Counted from the stretch's first letter, positions 41,256 through 51,332 are shown. The stretch is DNA of 64,000 nucleotides from an uncultured Acidobacteriota bacterium (GCA_963741955.1 CAVUKB010000005.1:1344001-1408000); one strand, 5' to 3'. Numbers and translations: made by a program. The notes: generated by a model from the letters alone, not told the origin.

Positions 41256-43904
41256 TTACGAGTTCTTCAGAATATGCGGCGTGATGAAGATCAACAGCTC
41301 GTCATGCGTCCGCGTCAGTTTCGAGTTCTTGAACAGGTTTCCGAGTACCGGGATTTGCGAAAGGAATGGTATCCGGTCCTGCCCCGAATTATCGGTCGCC
41401 TGGTAGATGCCACCGATCACCGTCGTCCCGCCGTCGCGCACCATCAGGCGCGTCTGTGCTCTCCGGGTAATCAGAGGTGCATTCGTGCCGCCTGCGATGT
41501 TCAGCGCGATCGCGGGCTCCACCTTCTGCACCTGAATGTCCATGATCACAGTTCCCTCCGCGGTGATCTGCGGGGTCACGTTCAACCTCAATGTCGCGTC
41601 GATGTACGTGACGGTCGTCGTGAAGTTCACCCGGGTCTGAATCGGAATCTGAACACCGCTCTGGATCTCGGCGGTCTGATTGTCCTGGGTGGTGACCTTC
41701 GGCGCGGAGACCACTCGTATGAGTCCTTCGTTCTCCGCAGCCAGGAGTGTCACATCCAGATTGAACGTATTCAGGACGTTTCCAAGGCTCAGTGAAAGGA
41801 CAGGATTCGCTCCCGCACCAAGATCGAATGGACCACCGGTGACCGTGCCGTGGTTCGGGAATACCAGTCCCGTTCCGGTTCCAAGGGCCGGGTCCATGTT
41901 GCCGTTGAATCCCCACTCGATCCCGAGGTTGCGGGTGAAGTTCTTCGTGGTCTCCACGATGCGCGCTTCGATCAGGACCTGAGGAGTCGGGATGTCGACG
42001 GCGTCGATCAGGTTCGCCATCGTCTTGAGCACTTCCGGGATTTCCGTGATGATCAGCTGATTCGTCCGGGCGTCCACGGAGAGCTTTCCTCGAGGAGAGG
42101 CCATGTCCTTGAGGAGCGTCACGACATCCGTTGCCTTCGCATAAGAAAGGCGCCGCGTGAGCGTCGTGGTCGGTACGTTCAAGCGTTCCTGCTCGGCGAG
42201 TGCCCGTCTCTGCCCCTGTTCAGCGGTGAGGCGCTGGATGGTGCCGACGCGAATGAGATTGCCTTCCTGCACGAACGTCAGTCCGTTCTGGCGCAGAATC
42301 AGATCGAAAGCCTGGTCCCAGGGAACGCCGGTGAACTGCACGGTCACGGTTCCTGAGACCTGCGGGTCGATCGCGATGTTCAGACCCGTCAACTGCGCGA
42401 AAGTCCGAAGGACATCCTTGATGTCCGCATCCTTGAGGTTCAGATCGATCGGTTCACCGACCCAGACCGGCTCCGTCGCGCTGAGTGTGCGCTGCCCCCC
42501 TGGCGCGACGATCTCTGTGGTTTCGCCGGAGATCTTCTGTTGTTTTGGCGTCTGAAAGATGTCTCCGCCCGTGTTCCGAACGTCGGGCGGTTCGACCGGA
42601 TGCTCGGTGACCGTACTCTGCGGCATCTCCGCACTGACCGTGTTCCCGGCCGGATTGATCGTGCCGGGGGCGGGAGGAGGAGGAACCGGCTGAGCCTGCT
42701 CCGCAGGAGGGCTCGGCTCGCTGGACGACCGGATCACCGCTTTTTCGGTTCCAGTCTTCTGGTTGGCATTGCTCGCGATGACCGGGACATCGTCCGCAGC
42801 GAAGACGTCTTCGGCTTCTGCGGTCGCCGGGTTGTCCACGTTCCGGGTCACGACGGCATTCTGGCTCTCCGGCCGCGCCTTCTCCGGCGTGACCTTCACG
42901 GCCGCGGCGGCCACTGCTTCGCTGCCGTCCGCCGTCCCCGCTTCAAGGCTCGAAAAATCGAGGCGCAGCGACGATCCCACCTGACGGAGATGCGGGTCGA
43001 CCATCTCGTCGAGGTCGAGAACCACTCGAGTGACGGGCTCCGGCGTCGACTGGAACTGTGCCACTCGAATTCTCTTCACATAAGGATCGCCGAGCTCGTA
43101 CGTCTTGTTCCCCACCGAGTCGCGCAGTCCCTTGAGGTCGACCACGAGACGCAGCGGGTTCGAGAGTTTCATCGTGGAGTAGTGAACGGATCCGTCGGCG
43201 GCAAGGTCGATCTGCAGCGAGGATCCCGAACCGCTCGTCGCCACGGCCTTGAGCACTGTCGCAGGATTCGTGGCCGCAGGTTCCTCGGCGACCCGGATCG
43301 GCGCGGATTCGACCGTGGTCTTCTCCGGGGCGGGCGCGGCGACGGCCGGAGTCGGGATCGTCTCGGTCTCGGCCACCTGCGTCGACGGTGCGGAATCAGA
43401 TTCCGCAGAGTCCGGCTGCACTGGAACCGCAGCCGCCTCAGCTGCCGCATCCGCTGTCGGCTCGAAGCTCACCACCAGGTGTTTACCCGTTCCATCGGCT
43501 TTCGCGTGCACGGGCTTGGTGAATCGGAACGTCACCCGCGTCAGAGGCTTCCCGAGCTCGACCGCTTCGTCCGCGCTGACGGAGCTCACGAGCGACGGCA
43601 GCGAATCGGGCTGTGCGAAATCAGCGGCCTTGACTGTCCTCGGAAGATCGACCACGAAAACGTTGGACTGAGGACTGTACGAAGTGTAGGCCGCACTCCC
43701 CCGCGTCTCGAGGACGAACGCAGGAACCGGGTCCGACTGAACCTTCACGGCGAGGAGCGCTGTTGCATCCGTCGCAACCGGGGCGCTCGTCTCTCCATTC
43801 GAGGCAGTTGCCTCCGTCACGGGCTTGTCGGCTCTCGCCGAGGAGCACGCGACGAGCAGCAGAACCATACTGCCCACGAAGAGGAGATGCAGTTTCTTCT
43901 TCAT
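41256..43904 (-). CDS. pilQ: Type IV pilus secretin PilQ (lipoprotein, AMIN domains)
   Basis: Lipobox LVA|C; AMIN-like NPLRLVVDL and TRVVLDL; GEPIDLNLKDADI, VPWDQA, PQVLIEARIVE, IPFLSQIPVLGNLFK, ELLIFITP. Confidence 0.95.
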   Translation of the reverse strand: MKKKLHLLFVGSMVLLLVACSSARADKPVTEATASNGETSAPVATDATALLAVKVQSDPVPAFVLETRGSAAYTSYSPQSNVFVVDLPRTVKAADFAQPDSLPSLVSSVSADEAVELGKPLTRVTFRFTKPVHAKADGTGKHLVVSFEPTADAAAEAAAVPVQPDSAESDSAPSTQVAETETIPTPAVAAPAPEKTTVESAPIRVAEEPAATNPATVLKAVATSGSGSSLQIDLAADGSVHYSTMKLSNPLRLVVDLKGLRDSVGNKTYELGDPYVKRIRVAQFQSTPEPVTRVVLDLDEMVDPHLRQVGSSLRLDFSSLEAGTADGSEAVAAAAVKVTPEKARPESQNAVVTRNVDNPATAEAEDVFAADDVPVIASNANQKTGTEKAVIRSSSEPSPPAEQAQPVPPPPAPGTINPAGNTVSAEMPQSTVTEHPVEPPDVRNTGGDIFQTPKQQKISGETTEIVAPGGQRTLSATEPVWVGEPIDLNLKDADIKDVLRTFAQLTGLNIAIDPQVSGTVTVQFTGVPWDQAFDLILRQNGLTFVQEGNLIRVGTIQRLTAEQGQRRALAEQERLNVPTTTLTRRLSYAKATDVVTLLKDMASPRGKLSVDARTNQLIITEIPEVLKTMANLIDAVDIPTPQVLIEARIVETTKNFTRNLGIEWGFNGNMDPALGTGTGLVFPNHGTVTGGPFDLGAGANPVLSLSLGNVLNTFNLDVTLLAAENEGLIRVVSAPKVTTQDNQTAEIQSGVQIPIQTRVNFTTTVTYIDATLRLNVTPQITAEGTVIMDIQVQKVEPAIALNIAGGTNAPLITRRAQTRLMVRDGGTTVIGGIYQATDNSGQDRIPFLSQIPVLGNLFKNSKLTRTHDELLIFITPHILKNS

Positions 43905-43926
43905 TCTTCCCACCTTCACCATCACA

Positions 43927-43962
43927 CAGCCCTCCACGCAGCCCTTCGTGCAGCCTTCCACG
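43927..43962. repeat. Three imperfect 12-bp tandem repeats between pilP and pilQ
   Basis: CAGCCCTCCACG CAGCCCTTCGTG CAGCCTTCCACG. Confidence 0.6.
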
Positions 43963-43987
43963 CTCCCAAATCTCCGAGTCGAAGAGC

Positions 43988-44533
43988 CTACCGCGGACCC
44001 TTCTGCTCGCTGGACTGCGGTGTCAACTCCTTCACGACCTCTCGATAGCGCTCGATGCGAGTCGGATCATTGACCTCCTGGCGAAAAACGACCGAATCGG
44101 CGGTGATTCGAATCACCTCGCCATCGAAGACTTTGTCGCCATTCCGCAGCAGATATCCTTTGTTGTCGGGGCCGTCGATCATTGCGACCAGTCCCTGTCC
44201 GGTTCTGATGATGCCCTGAAGATCGATCTCGTCGATCATGAATCCCGCCGGTCCTTCCGGGGCGTTCTCGCGGGTGATCTTGGGACTCGGACCGATCAGG
44301 GAACGGAAAGGATCTCGACGTCCCTGAGGATCGTAGCGGTACGTCTCGATCGGATTCTCCTCCAGGGCCTCCTGCAGGTTCTGCTCGATGTTCGAGCCTC
44401 CCGGCTGCTGACCGGCGCTCTCCTGCGCGGTTGCAGTCGTGTCCGTCTGAGCGGGCTCGCTCTGCTGGGCCCGTGCATCCGGGACGATGGCCAGGATCAG
44501 CACCGCGATGCTCAACATCACAGTCCGGGACAT
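43988..44533 (-). CDS. pilP: Type IV pilus assembly protein PilP
   Basis: YDPQGRRDPFRS, LQGII...AMI...GYLLRNGD; RBS AGGAGA; order pilMNOPQ. Confidence 0.88.
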   Translation of the reverse strand: MSRTVMLSIAVLILAIVPDARAQQSEPAQTDTTATAQESAGQQPGGSNIEQNLQEALEENPIETYRYDPQGRRDPFRSLIGPSPKITRENAPEGPAGFMIDEIDLQGIIRTGQGLVAMIDGPDNKGYLLRNGDKVFDGEVIRITADSVVFRQEVNDPTRIERYREVVKELTPQSSEQKGPR

Positions 44534-44555
44534 GGAAAGTCTCCTGTTCCAGAGC

Positions 44556-45173
44556 TCATTTCTTGTTTCCACCGGGCTTCCCCTTCTCCGCAGTGTCGCC
44601 GGCTTTTGGCTCGATATAGACGAAAGTCTTCGCGATGAACTGCGCCGAAATGGTTCGGTCGACCTGCGCTGGAAGTGCGCGAATATCGAACTTTTCCACG
44701 TTGATGATTCGGGAGAAATTACTGAGCCGGTTGAACAGAATCGCCAGACTGTGGTAGTTCCCTTCCACATCCACGGTGATCGGCCACTCGGCGTAAACCT
44801 CTCCCGACGCTTCGTTCAGCGGAGGAAACACCAGCTTCTTGAGAACGAAGTCGCCCTGATCGACGAGCGACTTGATCTTCTTGATGATCTCTTCGGTGTT
44901 CCGGCTCGAGGGAAGGATGCGTCGAAGCTTCTCGAGCTCGACCTCCAGCCGCCGGACTTCCTCCCGAAACTGCGGGAGCTTCTTTTCCGCCGACCGGCCC
45001 TGTTCGATCTTCTTCGCCAGCTCGTCGAGCTTCGAATCGGCTGCCCGGATCTGGCTGTTGATGTCCGTGATCCAGATGTAGTACGTCCCCCCGACGAGGC
45101 CAATCGCGAGGACCAGCCCGATGATCAGACCGTAGTACCAGGGCTTTCCTTCGAGACCGGTTTCGACAGCCAT
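44556..45173 (-). CDS. pilO: Type IV pilus assembly protein PilO
   Basis: TM, coiled coil, ILP, YAEWPI...VEGNYH...FSRIINV. Confidence 0.92.
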   Translation of the reverse strand: MAVETGLEGKPWYYGLIIGLVLAIGLVGGTYYIWITDINSQIRAADSKLDELAKKIEQGRSAEKKLPQFREEVRRLEVELEKLRRILPSSRNTEEIIKKIKSLVDQGDFVLKKLVFPPLNEASGEVYAEWPITVDVEGNYHSLAILFNRLSNFSRIINVEKFDIRALPAQVDRTISAQFIAKTFVYIEPKAGDTAEKGKPGGNKK

Positions 45174-45182
45174 CGCTTTCCC

Positions 45183-45839
45183 CTATCTCCCCGAATTCGC
45201 CGCGGGAGCCGTATCGCCCGTCTGCGAATCGGTCGTCTCCCCACCCTCGGCTGGCGTCTTGAAGTGGAAATTCATCGTGAATCGGTACACCGCGGCATTC
45301 GAAGTCTGCCCCTGCTGGGAAACCTCGCCGACCGCAGGCTCCTCGAAGAGAGGATCACCCTTCAGGTTCTCCACGAAATTGGCCACCGCGTTCGGGTTGA
45401 GCGCCCGACCGACCAGAGTGATCGTATCGCCGTTCAGCGACATCGAATCGAGCCAGAGCAGATCGGGAAGGTCGCGGCTGATGTGATCCATCACCCGCAC
45501 CGGCCCCTTCTGGTTTCGCTTCAGGTCGTTGATCAGCTTGATCCGCTGTTCGAGCGATTCCCTCCGCTTCTGGTAATCCTCGACTTCTTTGATGATTGCT
45601 TCGAGCTTCTGTGCTTCTATCGTTCTCGCCGCCACCTGCTCCTGTTTGCCAACCAGTTGCTGGTGCTTGATGAACCAGAAACCGCCGGAAACTACGAGTC
45701 CGGCGATCACCAGCGCGACGATCAGAAGGTTGTTGACGTTCGTCGGAGTGGAGGGGCCTGCGGCAACGAAGGCCTGACTCGGACCTCCCGATCGGACCGC
45801 AGCGCGCCCGCCCTCCCTGATCAGATTGATCTTGATCAA
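45183..45839 (-). CDS. pilN: Type IV pilus assembly protein PilN
   Basis: IKINL motif, TM, LPDLLWLDSM, VANFVENL. TTG start overlaps the pilM stop. Confidence 0.92.
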   Translation of the reverse strand: MIKINLIREGGRAAVRSGGPSQAFVAAGPSTPTNVNNLLIVALVIAGLVVSGGFWFIKHQQLVGKQEQVAARTIEAQKLEAIIKEVEDYQKRRESLEQRIKLINDLKRNQKGPVRVMDHISRDLPDLLWLDSMSLNGDTITLVGRALNPNAVANFVENLKGDPLFEEPAVGEVSQQGQTSNAAVYRFTMNFHFKTPAEGGETTDSQTGDTAPAANSGR

Positions 45840-46891
45840 GCGTCCCCCAACTTCCTGATTGCCAGTCCGACCGCAATCGCCATGCTCGGCGCAACCGCCG
45901 AGATCCACTCGAGATCGAACTCGCCCTCGTTGATCTGAATGCTCTTGAACGGGTTCATGATCTCCACCGCGATCCCGAACTTGTCTCGAAGGATCGAGTC
46001 GAGGTTCATGACTCCCGAACCACCCCCACTGAGGACGATCTCATCCACCCGTTCTGCACCGGAAGTCGCGGTGAAAAAGTCCAGGGTCTTCCGCAGTTCC
46101 CCTGCGAAGTCTTCGGAAACGGAATTCAGAATCGGGATCACCTGCTGAATGGTGTGATCGGCGACCGGTTCTCCCTTCTTGAGGGATTCAGCCTGACTGA
46201 ACGAGAGATTCAGCTCACGCTGAATCGCGTCCGTGTACTGATTTCCGCCGAAGGTGATGTCCCGCCAGAAGACCGAATTGGTGCCCGAGAGAACGTTCAC
46301 GTTCGTGACCGAGGCCCCGACATTCACCAGCGCCGCGACTTTCCCCGGTGACTGCCCGTAGTTGGCCTCGTAGCAGTTCTGCAGCGCGAAGGCATCCACA
46401 TCGACCAGCACCGGCGTCTTGCCGGCCTGCGAGATCACCGAGATGTAATCGTTGATCTTTTCTTTCTTCACCGCGACGAGAATCACGTCCAGGTTCTCGC
46501 CCGGAGCGGACGCGAGAGGGACGTAATCGAGATTCACGTCGTTGATGTCGAAAGGAATGTACTGCTCGGCTTCCCACTGGATCGATTCGGCCAGTTCCTC
46601 CGACGACATCGGCGGAAGCGAGATCTTCTTGATGATGACTGAATGGCCGCTCAGTGAGGTCCCGTAATTGGAATTCTTCACGCCGCGGGCGGCGTTCAGC
46701 TGTTGGATCGTGTCGACCACCATGGAAGAATCCATGATGGAACCGTCGACGATCGCCTCGGGGGAAAGTGCTTCGAGGCCGACCTTTTCGAGCTGAAACG
46801 AACCCTGCTTCTTTTCTTTCAGCTCTACGAGCTTGACCGCGGACGAGCCAATATCAAGCCCTACCAGATTCTTGCTCTTTGAGAAGAACAC
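45836..46891 (-). CDS. pilM: Type IV pilus assembly protein PilM
   Basis: GLDIGSSAVKLVE, WEAEQYIPF, VDVDAFAL, LSGGGS, AIAVGLA. Confidence 0.96.
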   Translation of the reverse strand: MFFSKSKNLVGLDIGSSAVKLVELKEKKQGSFQLEKVGLEALSPEAIVDGSIMDSSMVVDTIQQLNAARGVKNSNYGTSLSGHSVIIKKISLPPMSSEELAESIQWEAEQYIPFDINDVNLDYVPLASAPGENLDVILVAVKKEKINDYISVISQAGKTPVLVDVDAFALQNCYEANYGQSPGKVAALVNVGASVTNVNVLSGTNSVFWRDITFGGNQYTDAIQRELNLSFSQAESLKKGEPVADHTIQQVIPILNSVSEDFAGELRKTLDFFTATSGAERVDEIVLSGGGSGVMNLDSILRDKFGIAVEIMNPFKSIQINEGEFDLEWISAVAPSMAIAVGLAIRKLGDA

Positions 46892-46961
46892 CGCTCACCC
46901 CATCCATCTCACAGACTTCTCGTTTGCTCAAATCATCATGAATTACAGAAAGTTTGAGGCG

Positions 46962-46990
46962 AAGTTACACCGTTTCCAGAACGGTGTCAA
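46962..46990 (-). promoter_or_regulatory. Sigma70 promoter of pilMNOPQ overlapped by an inverted repeat
   Basis: TTGACA-17 bp-TAACTT; ACACCGTT-N5-AACGGTGT (46967-46987) covers the spacer. Confidence 0.6.
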
Positions 46991-47064
46991 CAACGCAAGG
47001 TCATGAGATGCCGGAAGATACGGGAACGGAAGCGGTGACCCTCTCCGACGGGAATGGAAAGGCA

Positions 47065-47093
47065 TTGCGCGAAACCGCGCGGACGATTACAAT
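47065..47093 (+). promoter_or_regulatory. Sigma70 promoter of rpmB
   Basis: TTGCGC-17 bp-TACAAT. Confidence 0.55.
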
Positions 47094-47128
47094 CCTCGCC
47101 CCTTCGCTGGGCAACAGGAGTCGAAACG

Positions 47129-47323
47129 ATGGCCAAAATGTGTGAAGTTTGTGGGAAAAAACCGGTGTTCGGAAACCGGATCAGTCATGCTCACAACGTG
47201 AGCAGCCGGCGCTGGCTGCCGAACCTTCAGCGGGTTCGGGTCCTCGTCGCAGGGTCAGTTCGCAGAATGAATGTCTGTACCCGGTGCATCCGTTCGGGCC
47301 GCATCGAGAAGGCTGCGCGCTGA
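47129..47323 (+). CDS. rpmB: 50S ribosomal protein L28 (Zn-binding, two CxxC)
   Basis: [23 protein letters not shown]...RWLPNLQ...VCTRCIRSG; RBS AGGAG. Confidence 0.97.
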   Translation: MAKMCEVCGKKPVFGNRISHAHNVSSRRWLPNLQRVRVLVAGSVRRMNVCTRCIRSGRIEKAAR

Positions 47324-47345
47324 TCGCACGTGGCGACGACACTCG

Positions 47346-49523
47346 TCACGCGATCGCGTGACGGGTGTTGTACTTCCTCTGGACCGTCAGCACCCCCTCG
47401 GTCCCCTGAATCGATTTGATCAGCTTCTCCAGGTGCTTGAGGTCCGAAATCTCCACCAGCAGATCGATCACTCCCCGTCCGTCCGCCGTCCGGGCTTCGA
47501 TGTGGCGGATGTTCGTTTTCAGGTTCGCAATCGAGGAGATCACCCTCGCCAGGATGCCGGTCCGGTCCTCCAGCGTGATCTCCAGCTCGATCCGGTACTG
47601 GGCGTCCCCCTGACTCGCCCACTCCACGGTGATCTCCCGATCCGGGTTGAACATCAGATTCTTCACGTTCGGACAGTTGGAGCTGTGCACCGCGATCCCT
47701 TTTCCCCGCGTCACGTAGCCGATGATCGGTTCTCCGGGGAGCGGGCTGCAGCATTTCGCGAGATACGTCATCAGATCGTCATACCCCCGGACCTTGATGA
47801 CCGCTGAGCTGCCGAACGGAAAGATCCGCCGCACGGCCTGCTGCAGCACCCCTCCTTCCGCGGCCGGCTCCCGCTTCTCCTTCTCGTCCGCAGGGACGAA
47901 CCGCTCGATGATCGATTTCGCCGAGATCTTTCCGTATCCGACATCGGCATAGAGGTCGTCCAGCCGCGCCAGTCCGTGTTCGGCGAGAACGCCGTCCAGG
48001 GCGTTTTCCGCGATCAGCTTTCGGATCTGCACCTTGAATTTCCGAGCCTCCTTTTCGATCAGCTTCCTCCCCAGCTCGATCGAGCGCGTCTTCTGCTCGG
48101 TATTCAGCCAATGCCGGATCTTGTGTCTCGCCCTCGAGGTGACGGCGATGTTCAGCCATTCCCGGTTCGGCGTCTGGTTCGGTGCGGTGAGGATCTCCAC
48201 GATGTCGCCGTTCCGAAGCGGCGTGCGCAACTGCACGAGCTTGCCGTTGATCCGGGCGCCGACGCAGTGGCTTCCGACGTCGGTGTGGATCTGGAACGCG
48301 AAGTCGAGCGGCGTCGCCCCCCGCGGGAACGCGAATACGTCTCCTTTCGGCGTGAAGGTGTAGACCTCGTCAGGGTAGAGGTCGATCTTCAGCGAGTTGA
48401 GAAAAATTCTCGGATCCTTGATGTCCTGCTGCCATTCGACCAGCTGTCTCAGCCAGAGGAAGTTCGTGTCGTCCGGAGAAGGTCCGACCCGTCCTTCCTT
48501 GTACTTCCAGTGAGCCGCGATCCCCTGCTCGGCGATCAGGTCCATTTCCTTCGTACGGATCTGAACCTCGAACGGCTGGCCCTGCTCGGCCACGACCACC
48601 GTGTGGAGCGACTGGTAGAAGTTCGGCTTGGGCATGGCGATGTAATCCTTGATCCGCCCCGGAACCGGACGCCATGCCTGGTGGATGATTCCGAGCGCAG
48701 AATAGCAGTCCTTCACGCTTCCGGTGATGATCCGGAACGCCAGGTAGTCGTACAGTTCGCCGATGTCGATTCCCTGGCGGCGAAGCTTCTGGTGGATCGA
48801 ATGCATCGACTTGACCCGTCCGGTCACGTCGACTTCGATCTGGTTCTCCGTCATCTTGTCTGCAATCGATTTGCGGAGGCGTTCGACCACGTCCGCCGAC
48901 ACCTTCATCTTCTTTCGAACCGCCGAGCTCAGATCTTCGAACTCCTTCGCGTAGAGATACCGGAAGGAGAGGTCTTCCAGTTCGCTCTTGACCATTCCCA
49001 TCCCGAGCCGGTTCGCGATCGGAGCGTAGATCTCCATGGTTTCCTTCGCGATCGCGATCCGCCGCTCCTCCGGAAGGTGGTGGAGGGTCCTCATGTTGTG
49101 GAGCCGGTCCGCGAGCTTGACCAGGATCACCCGGAGATCCGAGACCATGGCCAGAATCATCTTCCGGAACGTCTCCGCCTGCTGCTCTTCCTTGGAGACG
49201 TACTCGTAACGGGAGATCTTCGTCACGCCGTCGACGATCTCCGCCACGTCCTCGCCGAACAGCTCCGCCAGCCGTTCTTTCGTGGTCAGAGTATCTTCGA
49301 GGACATCGTGCAGCAGCCCGACCGCGATCGAGGTCTCGTCGAGCTTCATATCGGTGAGGATGTGGGCGACGTTGAGAGGGTGAATCAGGTAAGGCTCTCC
49401 CGAGCGTCGCATCTGCCCTTTGTGAGCGAGTGCGGAAAAGATGTAAGCCCTGTCGAGAAGCGCCTCGTCGAACTGCGGCTTGTAGCTCTCGACTCTTTCG
49501 AGAATGTCCTCGAAACGAATCAT
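47346..49523 (-). CDS. rel: Bifunctional (p)ppGpp synthetase/hydrolase, RelA/SpoT family
   Basis: GEPYLIHP, LLHDVLEDT, KLADRLHNMRT, KPNFYQSLHT, GIAAHWKYK, TGS, AKCC, ACT domain. Confidence 0.96.
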   Translation of the reverse strand: MIRFEDILERVESYKPQFDEALLDRAYIFSALAHKGQMRRSGEPYLIHPLNVAHILTDMKLDETSIAVGLLHDVLEDTLTTKERLAELFGEDVAEIVDGVTKISRYEYVSKEEQQAETFRKMILAMVSDLRVILVKLADRLHNMRTLHHLPEERRIAIAKETMEIYAPIANRLGMGMVKSELEDLSFRYLYAKEFEDLSSAVRKKMKVSADVVERLRKSIADKMTENQIEVDVTGRVKSMHSIHQKLRRQGIDIGELYDYLAFRIITGSVKDCYSALGIIHQAWRPVPGRIKDYIAMPKPNFYQSLHTVVVAEQGQPFEVQIRTKEMDLIAEQGIAAHWKYKEGRVGPSPDDTNFLWLRQLVEWQQDIKDPRIFLNSLKIDLYPDEVYTFTPKGDVFAFPRGATPLDFAFQIHTDVGSHCVGARINGKLVQLRTPLRNGDIVEILTAPNQTPNREWLNIAVTSRARHKIRHWLNTEQKTRSIELGRKLIEKEARKFKVQIRKLIAENALDGVLAEHGLARLDDLYADVGYGKISAKSIIERFVPADEKEKREPAAEGGVLQQAVRRIFPFGSSAVIKVRGYDDLMTYLAKCCSPLPGEPIIGYVTRGKGIAVHSSNCPNVKNLMFNPDREITVEWASQGDAQYRIELEITLEDRTGILARVISSIANLKTNIRHIEARTADGRGVIDLLVEISDLKHLEKLIKSIQGTEGVLTVQRKYNTRHAIA

Positions 49524-49542
49524 CGCGGCGGTACCAGCGGCG

Positions 49543-49551
49543 AGTATAACA
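49543..49551 (-). promoter_or_regulatory. Extended -10 promoter element upstream of rel
   Basis: TGT-TATACT about 20 nt before the ATG. Confidence 0.4.
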
Positions 49552-49566
49552 AAGCGTTTTCGCGGT

Positions 49567-50352
49567 TTATGACCGGTTTCTCCGGGGCACCATCCAGCTG
49601 GCGACGCCATCTTCCGCATGCGCCGCGATCGCATCGAAACCGAAGTGCTCCTTCATGATCTCGGGCTTCATCACCGCCGTCGCCGGACCATCTGCGACCA
49701 CTCGGCCACGACTCATCACCACGATCCGGTCACTGTACGCAGCGCTCCAGTTCAGATCGTGCGAGACCAGCAGGATCGTCTTCGCCGTGGAGTCGACGAT
49801 TCCGCGAAGAAGCTCCATCAGATCCTGAATGTGCCGGACGTCGAGTGAAGCGAGTGGCTCGTCCAGGAGGATCAGCTCCGGGTCGGCCGCAAGCGCTCTC
49901 GCGAGGTAGACCCGCTTCCGCTCGCCGCCGCTCATCTCGTCCAGCCACCGCTCCGCGAGTGCGCGTGCGTCGCACAGCTCCAGCGCCTTTTCCGCAGCCT
50001 CCAGATCCTCGCGGCTCTCCCACCGGAACCGGCTCACGTACGGGGCCCGGCCGCTGAGGACCACGTCTCGAGCTCTCATCGGAAAGCTCGGGTCCGGCTG
50101 CTGCGAGAGGTAGGCGACTCGTTTCGCATACTCCCTCCGATCCCATTTCCTGATCGGCCGGTTCTCGAAACGTACCTCTCCCCGCTCCGGAGCGAGCACT
50201 CCGCAGAGAAGCTTCAGAAGTGTCGACTTGCCAGCTCCGTTCGGGCCGATCACCGAGACGAGCTCTCCCGAACCGAAGCGGGCGGTCACGTCCTCGACCG
50301 CTGCGACATCTTCGCGATAGGAAAACCAGACGCTCTGGAGCTCCGCCAGCAT
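49567..50352 (-). CDS. Iron-siderophore/cobalamin ABC transporter ATP-binding protein
   Basis: GPNGAGKST, MSGGERKR, LLDEP, SHDLN. Start moved to ATG 50352. Confidence 0.92.
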   Translation of the reverse strand: MLAELQSVWFSYREDVAAVEDVTARFGSGELVSVIGPNGAGKSTLLKLLCGVLAPERGEVRFENRPIRKWDRREYAKRVAYLSQQPDPSFPMRARDVVLSGRAPYVSRFRWESREDLEAAEKALELCDARALAERWLDEMSGGERKRVYLARALAADPELILLDEPLASLDVRHIQDLMELLRGIVDSTAKTILLVSHDLNWSAAYSDRIVVMSRGRVVADGPATAVMKPEIMKEHFGFDAIAAHAEDGVASWMVPRRNRS

Positions 50353-51332
50353 CAACTCTCTCTCCGGAGGATCAGAAGAAAAAAGGGGACTCCGATCAGC
50401 GCGGTGATCGCTCCGAGCGGGAGCTCGGCCGGAGCGACTGCAGTCCGCGCCAGAAGGTCCGCGCACACCAGAAGGATGCCGCCACCGAGCAGAGAGAGGG
50501 GAAGCAGCGCGCGATAGTCCGGCCGCCAGAGCAGCCGGATCCCGTGCGGCACCAGCAATCCCACGAACCCGATGATCCCGCCGACCGCCACAGCTGCACT
50601 GGTGATCAGCGAGGCGGCGAAGAACGCGATGAATTTCGTCCGCTCGACCTCCACTCCTTTTGCTTTGGCATCGTCTTCTCCAAACGCGAGGAGCCGCAGA
50701 TCCGATGCGATCCAGGCGAGCGCGGCCAGGGTCACTGCCACCGTCACGCCGGTCAGGGCCACGCCGCGCCAGTCGGCACCGCTGAGTGTTCCCATCATCC
50801 ACCGCATCGCGGCTACCAGATCGGTCGCACCGCTGAACGAAAAAGCGAGAAGGATCACCGCCGAGAAAAATGCATTCAGGATCAATCCGGCGAGAAGGAG
50901 CCGAACGGTATCGATCTGGCGCCCCCGGCGCCCGAGCAGATACACGAGTGCAGTGGCGAGCGTTCCGCCCCCGAAAGCAGCGAGAGGAACGACGATCCCC
51001 GAGCGGGCTCCGTGCAGCATCGCCGCGATCGCCGCCCCGCTCGCTGCTCCGCCCGAGACCCCGAGGATGAACGGGTCCGCGAGTGGGTTGCGGAGCAGGG
51101 TCTGGAAGGTCGCCCCGGCCATCGCGAGCCCTCCTCCCACCAGCGCCGCGAGAATCACCCGCGGAAGCCGGATGTCCCGTATCACCGCGATCTGCAGCGC
51201 GTCGCCCGAGAAGAGAGCGCTCAGTCCGATCCCCGATGCTCCGAGCTCCACCGAGATCACGATGGCGACCAGAAGCAGCGCGGCGAGAAACGCACACCGT
51301 CGCCACAGAATCCCGAACGCAGGGCTGCTCAT
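50352..51332 (-). CDS. FecCD/BtuC family ABC permease
   Basis: IRLPRV, LRNPLADPFILGVSGGA, IGFVGLLVPH, ELPLGAITALIGVPFF. Confidence 0.93.
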   Translation of the reverse strand: MSSPAFGILWRRCAFLAALLLVAIVISVELGASGIGLSALFSGDALQIAVIRDIRLPRVILAALVGGGLAMAGATFQTLLRNPLADPFILGVSGGAASGAAIAAMLHGARSGIVVPLAAFGGGTLATALVYLLGRRGRQIDTVRLLLAGLILNAFFSAVILLAFSFSGATDLVAAMRWMMGTLSGADWRGVALTGVTVAVTLAALAWIASDLRLLAFGEDDAKAKGVEVERTKFIAFFAASLITSAAVAVGGIIGFVGLLVPHGIRLLWRPDYRALLPLSLLGGGILLVCADLLARTAVAPAELPLGAITALIGVPFFLLILRRES

